Shown piece by piece: positions 28,906 to 40,241 of a DNA stretch of 64,000 nt (position 1 is its first letter; each line of letters opens with the position of its first letter). A model generated the notes under the pieces. The model was given only the letters and a program-made list of their open reading frames with translations. It did no database searches and was not told the origin of the DNA. This DNA is from Candidatus Poribacteria bacterium (GTDB lineage: Bacteria; Poribacteria; WGA-4E; PCPOR2b): assembly GCA_965208325.1 (NCBI GenBank), contig OZ242326.1, positions 3,456,001-3,520,000 of the forward strand, given 5' to 3'. A program made the translations under genes and the position numbers.

Positions 28906-29199
28906 ACGTTTTGGAAACCACTTGCAAATCTGGCTTGGCTGATTTAAAATTATGCGTGTGTTGGCTAACACCTAACGTATAATATTGGGTGTACAATCAA
29001 CAAATATCTCTAATCCTGCAAATAATTCAATCACATAAATCACAGTTCAGACAATAAACATCCTTACGGATGAAAGAAAACTAATGACTATGCAAATGGT
29101 TTGGCATTAAACCTAGCGTATGGTAGAATGTAAAGCGATGTCGAACCGCTCTAGCACAACGTAAGTTGAGATTCCTGAGTCGGATAGGAGAAAACGAAA

Positions 29200-30093
29200 T
29201 TGAGTGAACAATTGGGGTTGGGAGTGTTGGGTTTCGGCACTGCGAGCTACGAAATAACCAAAGGGCTTCATTCGGAGGGGGTGGCGGACATCCGCGTCTG
29301 GAAGCGCGAGCCGTGGAGCGATGAAGTCCAAGCGCGTGCAGATGCCGCAGGCGTCATCCTGTGCAGCGAGGCAAGCCAAGTTACCGCTGCGTCGAACATT
29401 ATCGTTTCGCTAGTCGCACCGACCGCGGCCCCGGACGTGGCTCGGCAGGCATGTTCCGGTATCGCCGGTAAGTTCTATCTCGACCTGAACGCAGCGTCCC
29501 TCAAAACCAAGGAGGCGGCAGCGGCGGTAATACAAGGGGCAGGCGGCCGATTTATTGACGGCGCAATCATGGGGCCTCTGAAACGGCAACGCCACCAAGT
29601 CAGCACCGTAATCTCCGGTGAGGGGGCGGAAGAACTCGCAGGCGTTCTACAGGGTTGGGGCATGGACGTGCGGGCGATTGGCACCAAAGTCGGGCTCGCT
29701 TCAACCGTCAAAATGATTCGAAGTGTCTACACCAAAGGCTTGGAGGCAATCGTCGTGGAGTTTATGGTCGCCGCGCACCGTTACGGCGCCACCGAACAGG
29801 TGTTTGACTCACTAGAAGAAATTCTTGAGCTGGGGCCGTTCCTGCTTCCGTTCCGGCAGATGGTCTCTGAGCTAGTTCTCGAACAAGTTGAGTTCGCGGG
29901 GCGGAGAGCTACCGAAATGGAACAGGTAGTTCTTACCATGGAGGAACTTGGCGTCGATCCGTTGATGGCGCGCGGCACTCTTCAGCGTCTCCGGTGGGTG
30001 GCGGATGAAATTAAGCTTCGTGACCGCTTTGAAGGTCGGACGCCGTCCAATTACGGGGAAGTGTTAGATGCCATTGAATCGGCGGCTAAGTAA
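29200..30093 (+). CDS. NAD(P)-dependent oxidoreductase, 6PGDH/HIBADH-like (DUF1932 type)
   Basis: GVLGFG, YLDLN, DGAIMG, KMIRSVYTKGLEA, RRATEM. Confidence 0.88.
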   Translation: MSEQLGLGVLGFGTASYEITKGLHSEGVADIRVWKREPWSDEVQARADAAGVILCSEASQVTAASNIIVSLVAPTAAPDVARQACSGIAGKFYLDLNAASLKTKEAAAAVIQGAGGRFIDGAIMGPLKRQRHQVSTVISGEGAEELAGVLQGWGMDVRAIGTKVGLASTVKMIRSVYTKGLEAIVVEFMVAAHRYGATEQVFDSLEEILELGPFLLPFRQMVSELVLEQVEFAGRRATEMEQVVLTMEELGVDPLMARGTLQRLRWVADEIKLRDRFEGRTPSNYGEVLDAIESAAK

Positions 30094-30200
30094 GCGAGTT
30101 TGAAATTAACGCAAGCTCCGTTGCCCCAAATCAGGGTGACACGGCGGCGCCTTTGCCCGCGAGAGCATTCATACCAATCCTTTGCGAAAGGAGCACCTAG

Positions 30201-31028
30201 ATGGTTATTGGCAATCCTATGATTTTCCTGAAATACCCTTTAGAAGAAGCGCTGCGTTCGCTGGTTAAATTCGGGTTTGACGGCGTTGAACTTTGGCCGC
30301 CGCAAATTGAAGTGTGCAAAACGGACGAATTACGGAAGCAACTTGCAGAGCATATCTCCTCCTTGGGCCTGTCCCTCGTCGGGTTGAATTGTGCAGACCC
30401 GCCTTACTTCGAGGCGCTTAACTCCCCGGACGATGTCGAAGGAGTTGTTCAAGGGTTAAAACAGGACATTGATATCGCGGCTTCTATGGGAATGAGTCAA
30501 CTCCTAAGCTGGGACGGGAGAAGGCGTGAGAGTATGACGGACAGTGACCTTCACGGATGGGTACTGGACGAAACCGTGAATGTTTTCCGCGAAGCGGTTT
30601 CGTACGCTGAGACTAAGGGTATCACCATCACCGTGGAGATACACCCTTTCACAGTAGGTATAGACGTAGATTTTGCTTGCAAGCTCTATGACCGGGTTGA
30701 TTCACCGTCGTTCGGCATCACTTATGACTCCTGTCACTTTGCAGTTGGATTGCCTAACGGCTATATTGATGCCATTCCCAAGCTTGGGCATCGCATCAAC
30801 AACGTTCATTTCGCCGACAGCGACAAACACAGTTCGGAATTGCATTTCGCACCTGGAACAGGATGTTTGGATCTCGACGCTATTGTCAACGAATTGAAGG
30901 CGATTCGCTATCAGGGGCCCATGATGCTCGACCTCTGGCTGTATCCTTTCCCGGAAGAGGGTTCAAAAATCGGTATGCCCTATATCCGTGACGTGATGAA
31001 AACCTTGGGATATCCGTCTGAAGCGTAG
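30201..31028 (+). CDS. Sugar phosphate isomerase/epimerase (TIM barrel)
   Basis: GFDGVEL, VEIH, YDSCH, VHFAD, PGTG. Confidence 0.9.
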   Translation: MVIGNPMIFLKYPLEEALRSLVKFGFDGVELWPPQIEVCKTDELRKQLAEHISSLGLSLVGLNCADPPYFEALNSPDDVEGVVQGLKQDIDIAASMGMSQLLSWDGRRRESMTDSDLHGWVLDETVNVFREAVSYAETKGITITVEIHPFTVGIDVDFACKLYDRVDSPSFGITYDSCHFAVGLPNGYIDAIPKLGHRINNVHFADSDKHSSELHFAPGTGCLDLDAIVNELKAIRYQGPMMLDLWLYPFPEEGSKIGMPYIRDVMKTLGYPSEA

Positions 31029-31162
31029 TTAATGCAACCGCTTGCCGCCCCGCTCGCTTCGAGAGTGCGTGCCGCCGCCATGAAGCCGGCGTACGTGTTT
31101 ATTTCGCCCTGAAGACGGTATTACGATTTGCGGCAAAACCTCGTTGAGTTGATGACAATCTT

Positions 31163-31495
31163 ATGAAAAAGTTCACCTGCTATCTATTATTGATTGTTTT
31201 CCTATTGACCTCCATCTCAACTGCCCATAGCATCAGCGTCAAAACCCGGGGGAAATTGACGCTGGCGGCAATTTTGTTCGGCATTGCGGTTTTGACGAAG
31301 CATTTGGTCGATCGGGATAAACAGACTGTCGAAGCGCTCCATGCCAAGCTGGGCGAACCCGATCGAACTGTTAAATATGAACGCGGATTTGATGCCTGGC
31401 GAATTGAGTGGTATGGCAATCAAAAATACATCTTTCGCAATCATGTCTTCCAGGAAATGGTTGAATCGGTTCAAAGCCCCAACGGTTGCGATTGA
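31163..31495 (+). CDS. Hypothetical exported protein
   Basis: Signal peptide, LGEPD motif. Confidence 0.7.
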   Translation: MKKFTCYLLLIVFLLTSISTAHSISVKTRGKLTLAAILFGIAVLTKHLVDRDKQTVEALHAKLGEPDRTVKYERGFDAWRIEWYGNQKYIFRNHVFQEMVESVQSPNGCD

Positions 31496-31680
31496 GTTGA
31501 TGTATCAATTTTCGGTTCGACCCCGATTTAGCAAAAAAGACTGATTCGCGTCCAAAGGTGTTCCTTCAACGCGACACAGCACGTGAAGAGTTTCCCCGTT
31601 TTTTCTTGAGGATTTGCCGTCTATCGGGTATCCTTATTTGCAATTTAATAATTGGCGATTCCTAAATTTCTCAATTCCGC

Positions 31681-32319
31681 TTGGACAAATTTTCGTTGCA
31701 CGAAGAAAGGCAGATTGTTTTGCGGACTTCGGATGAAGAATTGATGATGAAATGTCGAAACGGCGACATGAGCGCATTTGAATTGCTGGTCATGCGCTAT
31801 AAGGATGTAATTATCAATTTCATTTACAGATCCATCGGCGATTATCACCGCGCGGAAGATCTCACACAGGAGACATTCCTGAGAGTTTTTAGAAATGCGA
31901 GCCGCTATGAACCTAAATCAAAGTTCAAAAATTGGATCTACCTTATTGCGACGAATCTATGCCGGAACGAAGTTCGTAATCGCAAGCGCCGAAATACAGT
32001 GTTCTTTGACGATTTGGTACCCGATGAAGACTATGAAAACTACCCTGCATTGATGCAGGATGTAAGGAATCTTCCCGACGAGCTCTACGAGAAAAAAGAA
32101 CAACAGCTAATCATTCAGGAAAAAATCAACTGCCTGCCGGACAATCAACGGTTGGCGCTAATCCTTGTGACCTATCACGATTTGAGATATGAAGCCATCG
32201 CGGAAGTGCTTGACTGTTCGGTTAGCGCCGTGAAATCCCTCATTCATCGGGCGCGGCAAAAGGTGAAAAAACACCTCGTAGAAGTGGGAATTGGAGAGAG
32301 TTCTAATGCTAAACTGTGA
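31681..32319 (+). CDS. ECF sigma-70 factor
   Basis: SDEELM...AEDLTQETFLRV...WIYLIATN...AVKSLIHRAR; start uncertain. Confidence 0.93.
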   Translation: MDKFSLHEERQIVLRTSDEELMMKCRNGDMSAFELLVMRYKDVIINFIYRSIGDYHRAEDLTQETFLRVFRNASRYEPKSKFKNWIYLIATNLCRNEVRNRKRRNTVFFDDLVPDEDYENYPALMQDVRNLPDELYEKKEQQLIIQEKINCLPDNQRLALILVTYHDLRYEAIAEVLDCSVSAVKSLIHRARQKVKKHLVEVGIGESSNAKL

Positions 32320-32854
32320 AGATGTTCAGTCCCAGATATCCGCTTATTTGGATCGGGAGATGCCGCTGTGGAAAATACAACTGATTCGGTTGCATCTCAA
32401 GCGCTGTTCAACTTGTGCGCATGAGACTATGCGCCTGCAGCAAACCCACAAAATTCTGGGGCAGCTTGATTCGGTCAGAACGTCCAATGAATTTCTGTCC
32501 GATGTGATGCGTCGAGTCTCAACCATCTCAAGCGTGGAGCGGCAGCGAGTTTTGCCCATCCAGCGAATCTTCCGCAGGTTGGAGTCCTCACTGACATGGC
32601 TGCGGTACCGATTCTGGACACGCCCCTCATCCTACGCCGTAGGGCTCTCGTTTGCATTGATTGTTACGATTGCGAGCATCGCGACATTCTATCAACCGTT
32701 CAAGCGTGCAAATCTGTCAGACTCAATGCACTTGTTAGCCCGATCTCAGGCGCAGGAACCGTTTATTCATGTCAACGAAATCTTCTCGGTCGATCGGTTT
32801 ACAAAACCCCACCTAAATCCTAAACACCGATCAATAATCCAAACTAATCCTTGA
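32306..32854 (+). CDS. Zinc-binding (zf-HC2) anti-sigma factor
   Basis: C...ISAYLD...HLKRCSTC plus TM; overlaps the sigma gene end. Confidence 0.88.
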   Translation: MLNCEDVQSQISAYLDREMPLWKIQLIRLHLKRCSTCAHETMRLQQTHKILGQLDSVRTSNEFLSDVMRRVSTISSVERQRVLPIQRIFRRLESSLTWLRYRFWTRPSSYAVGLSFALIVTIASIATFYQPFKRANLSDSMHLLARSQAQEPFIHVNEIFSVDRFTKPHLNPKHRSIIQTNP

Positions 32855-32868
32855 CATTCGTAAGCGAG

Positions 32869-34785
32869 CTACATGCTATAGGTCGGTATTTTGAGCACGA
32901 CACCGATCACGCCCCAAATTGAGCCTCCCACGTAGTCTCCGAGAATTAGCCCGGCAAAAAAGGGAATCGCTTTTCGATACGCTTGCAATCCGCCGTGCCG
33001 CAGCACGACAGCCTTAATTGCCCAACTCACCAGCACGGGAAACCAGTAAAACGACATATCCCCCCACCTGCCCGTGCCGATGACGTAACCAATCGGATGG
33101 AATGGCCACCAGAAAAACCGTAGTTTCATCGCTATCAAAAACAGCGTGAAGCCCAGCCCTGTGCCCATGGCGAGCATCGCGGCATAATCCACATCCGTCA
33201 GATAAATCAACCGCGTTTGCAACGCATGAAAGGTGTGGCTCATCGGCACTAGTGTGTGACGCGCCCCATAGCCGCCGAAATCATAAGAAAGGCCGAGATA
33301 AGTGATGAATGTTACGGGGATGCCGACTGCTAATCCTATCAGCATTGCCGCTAGGAGTTTTCTACTATCAATCCTTGCCTGACGACCGATATGAAAGGCT
33401 TCCAGTTGATTCGGCATGGGGTGTGCGGTATTGACGCGGTTCAACCAGAAAAAGAAGGACAGAACGGTTAAGCTGCTTGCACCAATCATCCGCGTTCCCA
33501 GGGCTGACACCATCGTTGCTGCGGGGTCTTTGCCAATGACTTCGTGCATCGGCGGTCCCAAACCGGCTCGGACTTTTGTCAGGCTAATCGCCATCAGGAA
33601 GTAGATGCCGAAGAAGAGCAATACGCACCAAAGGGAAGCCCCCGCCTTATATCCAAACAGCAGGACGCAGAGTACACCGCAAATCGTTCCCCAAACTGCC
33701 CATTTATACGGCATCGGTTCCGCTGAATCATCCGCATGTTCTTTCCCCGGCATCGCCTGTTTGAAAACACGCTTCAAATGCCGCCGTCCAATCCATAAAG
33801 CGAGTATCCCTAACCCAATCCATGCTCCTTCCGATTGCTCGTCAAGATAGAGGTCGGTACGCCATCCCAAAACACTCTTCAGCACGAGCAGAAATTTGCC
33901 AAAAAAGTAGAAAAACCATGAGGAAAAAGCCAAATCTAGGGGCATGAAAAACGCCAAACCTATCACAAAAGGCCGAGCAGTGAAAAGGATTGTGCCGACA
34001 GCATTCCAAGGTTTTTCTTGAAACAGGTGGGAAACGTTCTGGATCCCTATAGGGACAGAAGGAATAGCAGGATACAGAAAATTGATGCCGTTGAGGACCT
34101 CAATCCCGCCAGCGACTCCAAACCCAGCCCACATTAACCGGTTCCTAAAGAAGCCTGTCGGGTTATTCCCCATTTCCAGCGGCAGCCAAGTGATGGGAAA
34201 CGTCAACCGCTCATGTTCTGCAAACTGCTTCCTGAGTATCACATTCATGCAGATGAGGGTGACGTATAGGACAAAAATAAAGGCGGACCATACAAGGAGC
34301 GTGGCGAGCCAACCCTCGACGTACGGAGCCATAAAAAACGATGACTCTCCCTCATAAAAACCGCGCAGTACCTCCTTGTCCCGGACGGTAAACCACCGAG
34401 GGATGTGGCCTCCGAATAGCTGCAACCAGTCATTTTCTGCTGTCTCGAACCAAAAAGGATAGGCAAGGATGTAGAGCAGGTACCCCATGTTTGTGTTTCC
34501 ACTGAGCGTGGAAACCATGAGAACCATCACATAGATGACAAGGAGTTCGGATCGGTGGAACGCATATTGAGGACACACTCGCCTCAACAAGAAATTCATG
34601 AGGACGAGCAAAAATAGGCAAAAGACGGTATTAATGAATAGTGAAATATAGGTGTGCAGTATGCGCCCCGCCCACGTCGCCTCATTCAGCCAGTACGAAT
34701 TTGCGATTATTAGGACGACGCCGATGCACAGCGCTCTCAGTGTCAGACCGCTTGACCCGCTGTCAGACCGAGATGCGTACTCCAT
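32869..34785 (-). CDS. Polytopic membrane protein, DUF6785/DUF6784 type (putative transporter)
   Basis: Many TM helices; HERLTFPI, WWPFHPIGY, PFFAGLILGD. Confidence 0.8.
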   Translation of the reverse strand: MEYASRSDSGSSGLTLRALCIGVVLIIANSYWLNEATWAGRILHTYISLFINTVFCLFLLVLMNFLLRRVCPQYAFHRSELLVIYVMVLMVSTLSGNTNMGYLLYILAYPFWFETAENDWLQLFGGHIPRWFTVRDKEVLRGFYEGESSFFMAPYVEGWLATLLVWSAFIFVLYVTLICMNVILRKQFAEHERLTFPITWLPLEMGNNPTGFFRNRLMWAGFGVAGGIEVLNGINFLYPAIPSVPIGIQNVSHLFQEKPWNAVGTILFTARPFVIGLAFFMPLDLAFSSWFFYFFGKFLLVLKSVLGWRTDLYLDEQSEGAWIGLGILALWIGRRHLKRVFKQAMPGKEHADDSAEPMPYKWAVWGTICGVLCVLLFGYKAGASLWCVLLFFGIYFLMAISLTKVRAGLGPPMHEVIGKDPAATMVSALGTRMIGASSLTVLSFFFWLNRVNTAHPMPNQLEAFHIGRQARIDSRKLLAAMLIGLAVGIPVTFITYLGLSYDFGGYGARHTLVPMSHTFHALQTRLIYLTDVDYAAMLAMGTGLGFTLFLIAMKLRFFWWPFHPIGYVIGTGRWGDMSFYWFPVLVSWAIKAVVLRHGGLQAYRKAIPFFAGLILGDYVGGSIWGVIGVVLKIPTYSM

Positions 34786-34863
34786 CTGGTAAACTCCTGT
34801 GGCGAGGCATTTCAGATGTTCCTCTCTTTTGTAAAGATAGGCTGCGCCGGTGATTCATCCGTG

Positions 34864-35379
34864 TCAGCTTTCCTTTGCCTCCTTCATCAACTGTCCGCGC
34901 AGAACGTAGTCGTCTTTTCCAAGTCGCATGCGTTCGAGTTCTTCCGCTGTGACATCCCGTCTAATTCGCGCCGGAATACCCACCGCCAAAGATTTGGCAG
35001 GTATTTCCTGTCCTTCACGTACTACAGCGCCCGCCCCGACAATTGCACCCGCTCCTATTTTGGCACTAGTGAGAATAATAGCCCCCATTGATATCATTGC
35101 GCCGTCACCAATGGTGCAGCCGTGAATAATTGCACCGTGGCCGATCGTCACATCATCGCCAATTATAGCCGGGAAGTTTTTGTCCATATGCACAACTGCG
35201 CCATCTTGGATGTTGCTGCGCGCTCCGATTTCAATGCGGTCCACATCGCCTCGCAACACGCAATTGAACCAAACACTCGACTTTTCGCCAATGGTAACAT
35301 CTCCAATAATCATTGCACCTTCGGCGATGAATGCGGATGGATGAATTCTTGGCGTTGTGTTCTGATAGGCGGTTAGCAT
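34864..35379 (-). CDS. Gamma carbonic anhydrase family protein
   Basis: VLRGD...NIQDG.VVH...VTIGH.AIIHGC hexapeptide repeats. Confidence 0.95.
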   Translation of the reverse strand: MLTAYQNTTPRIHPSAFIAEGAMIIGDVTIGEKSSVWFNCVLRGDVDRIEIGARSNIQDGAVVHMDKNFPAIIGDDVTIGHGAIIHGCTIGDGAMISMGAIILTSAKIGAGAIVGAGAVVREGQEIPAKSLAVGIPARIRRDVTAEELERMRLGKDDYVLRGQLMKEAKES

Positions 35380-35403
35380 TTTCCCTCCCGAATGATTGAT
35401 GTT

Positions 35404-37041
35404 CTAACTCAGCAGTTTTCGCAGTGTTCGCTTTCCAGACATGTAGGATAATCCCCAAACTCCAACCATCACTGCCAACGTTGCAACCATGCCGAGTAGC
35501 TTAAGCACGCTAATCGACTCGTCGTCAAGTATTGCAATGCCCCAAATGAGTGTTGGACTCAACAACACAGCATTAGCGGCAATTGCAAAAAAACTCGTTG
35601 CAATTCGCGCAACTGGCCTTTTTCTCGAATCCCGATACGATTCTCCAATTTCCGCCACCCAAGGCAGCGCCCCCATCGCTGTGTTGAATGAAATTGCAGC
35701 AGTCGTCGCAATGGTTGCCACAATTAGGATCGGCAGCCATACTTGGAAGGGCACCCGAAACAGAATCAGCCACAGGCAAAACCAAACATTTGTGAAAACA
35801 ACCGAACAACAGGTCGCTATCAAAATTTTGCTCTTGAAAAGTAAGCCTGGTGAAACCGGTCCTGATTTTAGAATCCACCAGGTTTTCGCCTCGGCTTTGA
35901 ACCCGCCCCATGTGAACCCTAGCGTTGTCATCACGCTAATTATCATGATTTGGATTCCAACGCCAATGTATAGCGGGATTAACTCTCCTCGAAATGTTCC
36001 ACCACTGTCCCTGATTTCAGATGCTGCCGGAACCATACCAACTAATATGATTAGTGTAAAAATGACAAACGTCGTCACCTGCTTCCTATCCCGTACAAAC
36101 ACCCGAAAATCTTTTGCTAGCATCGCACGAACCTTCCCACGCCCTATGCGAGAGTCCCCGGATCGTTTTTTCTCTTTTCGGTCAGCCTTCACTTCCACAC
36201 GTCTCGCATACTCCCAACTTCGATAGTAAACCTTGGAAGCAATGGGCACACTCAAAACTGATAACCCGGCACTCACAACCAATAATTGGACTGCCCAACG
36301 CAACGCGGACATTTTCGATTCAGGAAACCAACCCACCATCATTTTTGCCACCCATAGGTGAGGAAGCCAATTGGATTCCGGCACTTTCAACCGATCAAGG
36401 GCAAATTGGGCAGCCAAATCCGGAGCAAGGAAGCTTACTGCTATAAGAAATCCGGCGGCAAACCCAATGGCCGAACCGAGAATTTTCAAAATCCTTATCA
36501 TCAGCCCGGACGAAAAAAATCGGACAATCAACATAGTTGATATGGAAATTGCGTTGACAACGATAACAAGCAAGCAGAAACACGCCGGCAGAAGCGCAAG
36601 GTAGAAATGCCAAGGCAGATGAAAAAGTTGACCGACTGCAAACCAAGGTGGGAGTAGCCAGATGGCCATACTCAAGGAATTGGCGGCGATGATTTGGATT
36701 AATTTAAAGCCAAAAACAATAGAAGGCGGCAGGGGTGATGATAAAAGCAGCGATGTATCCGGTGCCTCGTACAATTGCTTCATTGAGCGCGTCATCGCAT
36801 CCGTCATTAAGACGCAAAAACCAAGTGTCATGAAGATATTAATTGTGCGTATTATCGTTGCATTCCCCGGTTGGATTTCCACCGCTCCGAACACAGCGCG
36901 GCCTAACCAATAGAGTGCAGCAATAAGCACGAAGAATCCGATAATCTCTACAGCCTTTTTTCGTTTCTCGTTCGAAACGTATCGAAAACCATTCGTCCAA
37001 CCGTACCAACTGGTTTTGAGTAAGATTGCTAATGTGCGCAT
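35404..37041 (-). CDS. Putative ABC exporter permease
   Basis: About 14 TM helices; LLLSSP, KDFRVFVRD; adjacent to an ABC ATPase. Confidence 0.85.
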   Translation of the reverse strand: MRTLAILLKTSWYGWTNGFRYVSNEKRKKAVEIIGFFVLIAALYWLGRAVFGAVEIQPGNATIIRTINIFMTLGFCVLMTDAMTRSMKQLYEAPDTSLLLSSPLPPSIVFGFKLIQIIAANSLSMAIWLLPPWFAVGQLFHLPWHFYLALLPACFCLLVIVVNAISISTMLIVRFFSSGLMIRILKILGSAIGFAAGFLIAVSFLAPDLAAQFALDRLKVPESNWLPHLWVAKMMVGWFPESKMSALRWAVQLLVVSAGLSVLSVPIASKVYYRSWEYARRVEVKADRKEKKRSGDSRIGRGKVRAMLAKDFRVFVRDRKQVTTFVIFTLIILVGMVPAASEIRDSGGTFRGELIPLYIGVGIQIMIISVMTTLGFTWGGFKAEAKTWWILKSGPVSPGLLFKSKILIATCCSVVFTNVWFCLWLILFRVPFQVWLPILIVATIATTAAISFNTAMGALPWVAEIGESYRDSRKRPVARIATSFFAIAANAVLLSPTLIWGIAILDDESISVLKLLGMVATLAVMVGVWGLSYMSGKRTLRKLLS

Positions 37042-37089
37042 AATTAGCAGCTAGTAAACAGATGCGTTGAATTACGCCCGTTATTACAA

Positions 37090-37848
37090 CTATTCGGATA
37101 AAATCGTCACCATCTCTCTATCCTCAACGTCTCCTGTGAGTTCCAAGAAAATCTCCTCCAAGTTTCTATCCACCGCGGTATTGTCTTGGCGTAGCTCATC
37201 CATCGTGCCGACTGTGACTAGTTTTCCCTCGTTGATGATACCGATTCGGTCACAGACCCGCTCAGCAATCTCTAAGATGTGTGTGCTCATGAACACTGTG
37301 CAACCGCGGTCACAAAGAAGGCGCAATATCTCCTTTACTGTACGAGCGCTTTTGGGATCAAGTCCGCTTGTGGGTTCGTCAAGAAATAGCACACGCGGTT
37401 CATGCACGAGCACGGCGGTCAAGAGAATCTTCTTCTGCATGCCGTAGGAATAGCTTTTGATTAATTCATCTCCTGCATTGACCAGATCTAGCATCTCCAA
37501 CAGCTCCGCCATGCGTCTCTCGGAGCGCTGGGAAGGTATTTCGTACAAATCTGCCATGAAACGGACATACTGGCGTCCCGTCAAGGTATCGTAGAGATAG
37601 GGCGTGTCGGGCATAAGTCCTGTTAACGCCTTTGCCTGTAGCCCTTGGGTTTTAATATCATACCCGCAAATCGTCGCCGTTCCCGCCGTAGGGCGGATTA
37701 ACCCGGTTAGCATGTTAATCGTAGTGGTCTTTCCAGCACCGTTCGGGCCCAAGAAACCAAAGAGTTCTCCGGATTCAATCTGCATCGTCAGGCGATCGAC
37801 CGCCGTAAGCTTGCCAAAAAATTTGGTCAGATTGGAAATTGTAATCAT
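37090..37848 (-). CDS. ABC transporter ATP-binding protein
   Basis: GPNGAGKTT, YSYGM, LFLDEPT, MSTH. Confidence 0.96.
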   Translation of the reverse strand: MITISNLTKFFGKLTAVDRLTMQIESGELFGFLGPNGAGKTTTINMLTGLIRPTAGTATICGYDIKTQGLQAKALTGLMPDTPYLYDTLTGRQYVRFMADLYEIPSQRSERRMAELLEMLDLVNAGDELIKSYSYGMQKKILLTAVLVHEPRVLFLDEPTSGLDPKSARTVKEILRLLCDRGCTVFMSTHILEIAERVCDRIGIINEGKLVTVGTMDELRQDNTAVDRNLEEIFLELTGDVEDREMVTILSE

Positions 37849-38161
37849 ATGGTGATGGCAACAATGTCATTCTGCTTGAATGCTCGGATACAATCACATA
37901 TCCGAACCTTCAGTATTATAAAGCCAAGTAGAAGGATTGGACAAGTGGAAATCGCCGCCCTACCATGTGAACCTTCAGTGTACCCGTTTCGTTGACTATT
38001 CGGTTCCCGCCTTAATAAATTCGTTTCCGTTCGTAGGTAAAATCGAACGGAGTTAACTTCATGAGCCATTGTCGCAGATGCGTCCTGATCCGCTGCCAAA
38101 TCTCACTCACTTAACCTCTCTTTTGAAATGCCCATACCACTCTTTCGAAAGGGATTTCCTG

Positions 38162-38190
38162 TTGACGAGATGCGGGCAGTTGAGTATAAT
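38162..38190 (+). promoter_or_regulatory. Sigma70 promoter
   Basis: TTGACG-17-TATAAT upstream of the S9 peptidase. Confidence 0.6.
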
Positions 38191-38321
38191 GTCGAAACGC
38201 TTTAAATCAGGTGGTTGCGCTGGATTGAAGGCACGGGATTTTTTCGTACAGAATGTAGTCAGTCGGTCCGAATTCCATATAACGGTATTTTAATTCACGA
38301 TATTTATCTGGAAGAATGTGT

Positions 38322-40241
38322 ATGGTCGCACCCTACGGTTCATGGAAATCGCCAATCACTGCAGACGTTATCGTGTCTGAAACCAGCCGGTTTGGAGGAC
38401 TTGCGCTTGATGGAGAGGATGTCTACTGGGTCGAGAGCCGCCCAGCGGAAGCAGGACGGTACATAATCGTTCGGCGGACCCCGGAAGGGCGGACAGAAGA
38501 CATGACACCTGTCCCGTTTAATGCTCGCACGCGCGTTCACGAATACGGAGGCAGTGCCTTTGTCGTCAGTGGCGGGACAATTTACTTCTCCAACTTCGCA
38601 GATCAACGCCTGTATTGTCACAAGCCTGGCCGCACACCGTATCCGATTACTCCCGATGCCCCGCTGCGTTATGCGGATGGTATTTTTGACCGCCGCCGCA
38701 ACCGGCTAATCTGCGTGTGCGAAGACCACACTGATGTTGAAAGCGAAGCCGTCAACAGCCTCAGTACTGTGCGGCTTTCGCACACACCGGACGTACAGGT
38801 GCTTGTCTCTAGCGGTGATTTTTACGCTAGTCCTCGCCTGAGTCCAGATGGGTCTCAACTCGCTTGGCTCACTTGGAACCACCCGAACATGCCGTGGGAC
38901 GGATGCGAACTCTGGGTTGGCGAGGTTAAGCAGGACGGATCCATTGGTCAAACCGTAAAGGTTGCAGGCGGGCAAGATGAGTCGATTTTTCAACCCGATT
39001 GGTCTCCGGATGGCGTGCTGCACTTTGTATCCGACCGAACTGGCTGGTGGAATCTGTACCGCAGGAGCGATGGCGGCATCGAGCCGCTGCGCCAAGTGGA
39101 GGCAGAGTTCGGGCGGGCGCAGTGGCTGTTCGGGATGTCCACCTACGCGTTCGAATCAGCCAATCGAATCATATGCACCTACAACGAGCGAGGTACCTGG
39201 CATCTTGGAAATATCAATACAACTACGGGTAAGTTTGAACGGATTGAGACGCCGTATTCAGAAATCTCCTTTCTCCGGTGTGGTTCCGGGTGCGCCGTTT
39301 TCTACGCGGGTTCGCCGACTACGCCCGAATCCATTGTCCGACTCGACCTCGCCACGCGCCAGACTCAGGTCCTGCGCCATTCAAGCAATGTAGTGATTGA
39401 CGATGGATATTTGTCCGTACCCCAAGCGATTGAGTTCCCTACTGAGAATGGGTTTACAGCATACGCCTTCTGCTACCCGCCCCAAAACTGCGGCTACACC
39501 CCTCGATCCAGTGAACGGCCGCCGCTGATTGTAGTAAGCCACGGAGGCCCAACCGGGGCAACTTCGACGGCATTTGACCTGAAGATTCAATACTTGACGA
39601 GCCGTGGTATAGCTGTGTTGGACGTGAACTATGGCGGCAGTACAGGCTATGGACGCGCGTACCGCCAGCGGCTTAACGGCCAGTGGGGAACAGTTGATGT
39701 CGATGACTGCGTGAATGGCGTGCGTTACCTCGCCTCGCTCGGTGCAGTTGACGAAGGCCGGACTGCCATACGCGGCGGCAGTGCGGGAGGTTACACCACC
39801 CTCTGCGCCTTAACCTTCCGAGACACTTTCAAGGCAGGTGCAAGCTACTACGGCGTTAGCGACCTTGAAGCATTGGTACACGACACGCACAAGTTTGAAT
39901 CCCGATACCTAGATAACCTTATTGGCCCTTATCCGGAGCAACGCAATCGTTACCGTGAAAAATCACCAATTCATTTCACCGATCGGCTATCGTGCCCGTT
40001 AATCTTCCTCCACGGTCTTGAGGATAAAGTTGTTCCGCCCAATCAGGCGGAGTTAATGGTTGAGGCGTTGCGCACAAAAGGGATGCCTGTCGCATACCTG
40101 GCGTTTGAAGGCGAGCAGCACGGCTTCCGACGCGCCGAAAATATCAAACGCGCCCTTGAAGCAGAACTCTACTTTTACGCAAAGGTTTTCGGCTTTGCAC
40201 TTGCCGATTCGGTAGAGCCGGTGCGAATTGAGAATCTCTAG
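38322..40241 (+). CDS. S9 family prolyl oligopeptidase/aminopeptidase
   Basis: APYGSWKSPI, HGGPT, GGSAGG, DKVV, EQHGF. Confidence 0.95.
   Translation: MVAPYGSWKSPITADVIVSETSRFGGLALDGEDVYWVESRPAEAGRYIIVRRTPEGRTEDMTPVPFNARTRVHEYGGSAFVVSGGTIYFSNFADQRLYCHKPGRTPYPITPDAPLRYADGIFDRRRNRLICVCEDHTDVESEAVNSLSTVRLSHTPDVQVLVSSGDFYASPRLSPDGSQLAWLTWNHPNMPWDGCELWVGEVKQDGSIGQTVKVAGGQDESIFQPDWSPDGVLHFVSDRTGWWNLYRRSDGGIEPLRQVEAEFGRAQWLFGMSTYAFESANRIICTYNERGTWHLGNINTTTGKFERIETPYSEISFLRCGSGCAVFYAGSPTTPESIVRLDLATRQTQVLRHSSNVVIDDGYLSVPQAIEFPTENGFTAYAFCYPPQNCGYTPRSSERPPLIVVSHGGPTGATSTAFDLKIQYLTSRGIAVLDVNYGGSTGYGRAYRQRLNGQWGTVDVDDCVNGVRYLASLGAVDEGRTAIRGGSAGGYTTLCALTFRDTFKAGASYYGVSDLEALVHDTHKFESRYLDNLIGPYPEQRNRYREKSPIHFTDRLSCPLIFLHGLEDKVVPPNQAELMVEALRTKGMPVAYLAFEGEQHGFRRAENIKRALEAELYFYAKVFGFALADSVEPVRIENL

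Noticed and set aside
31163..31495. SVKTRGKL resembling the C-terminal tail motif
   Set aside because: It is N-terminal and lacks the W..(I/L)K half; likely chance.
35489..36226. Long antisense ORFs (this 245-aa one, 62792-63391 and similar)
   Set aside because: They are shadows of well-supported genes on the opposite strand.
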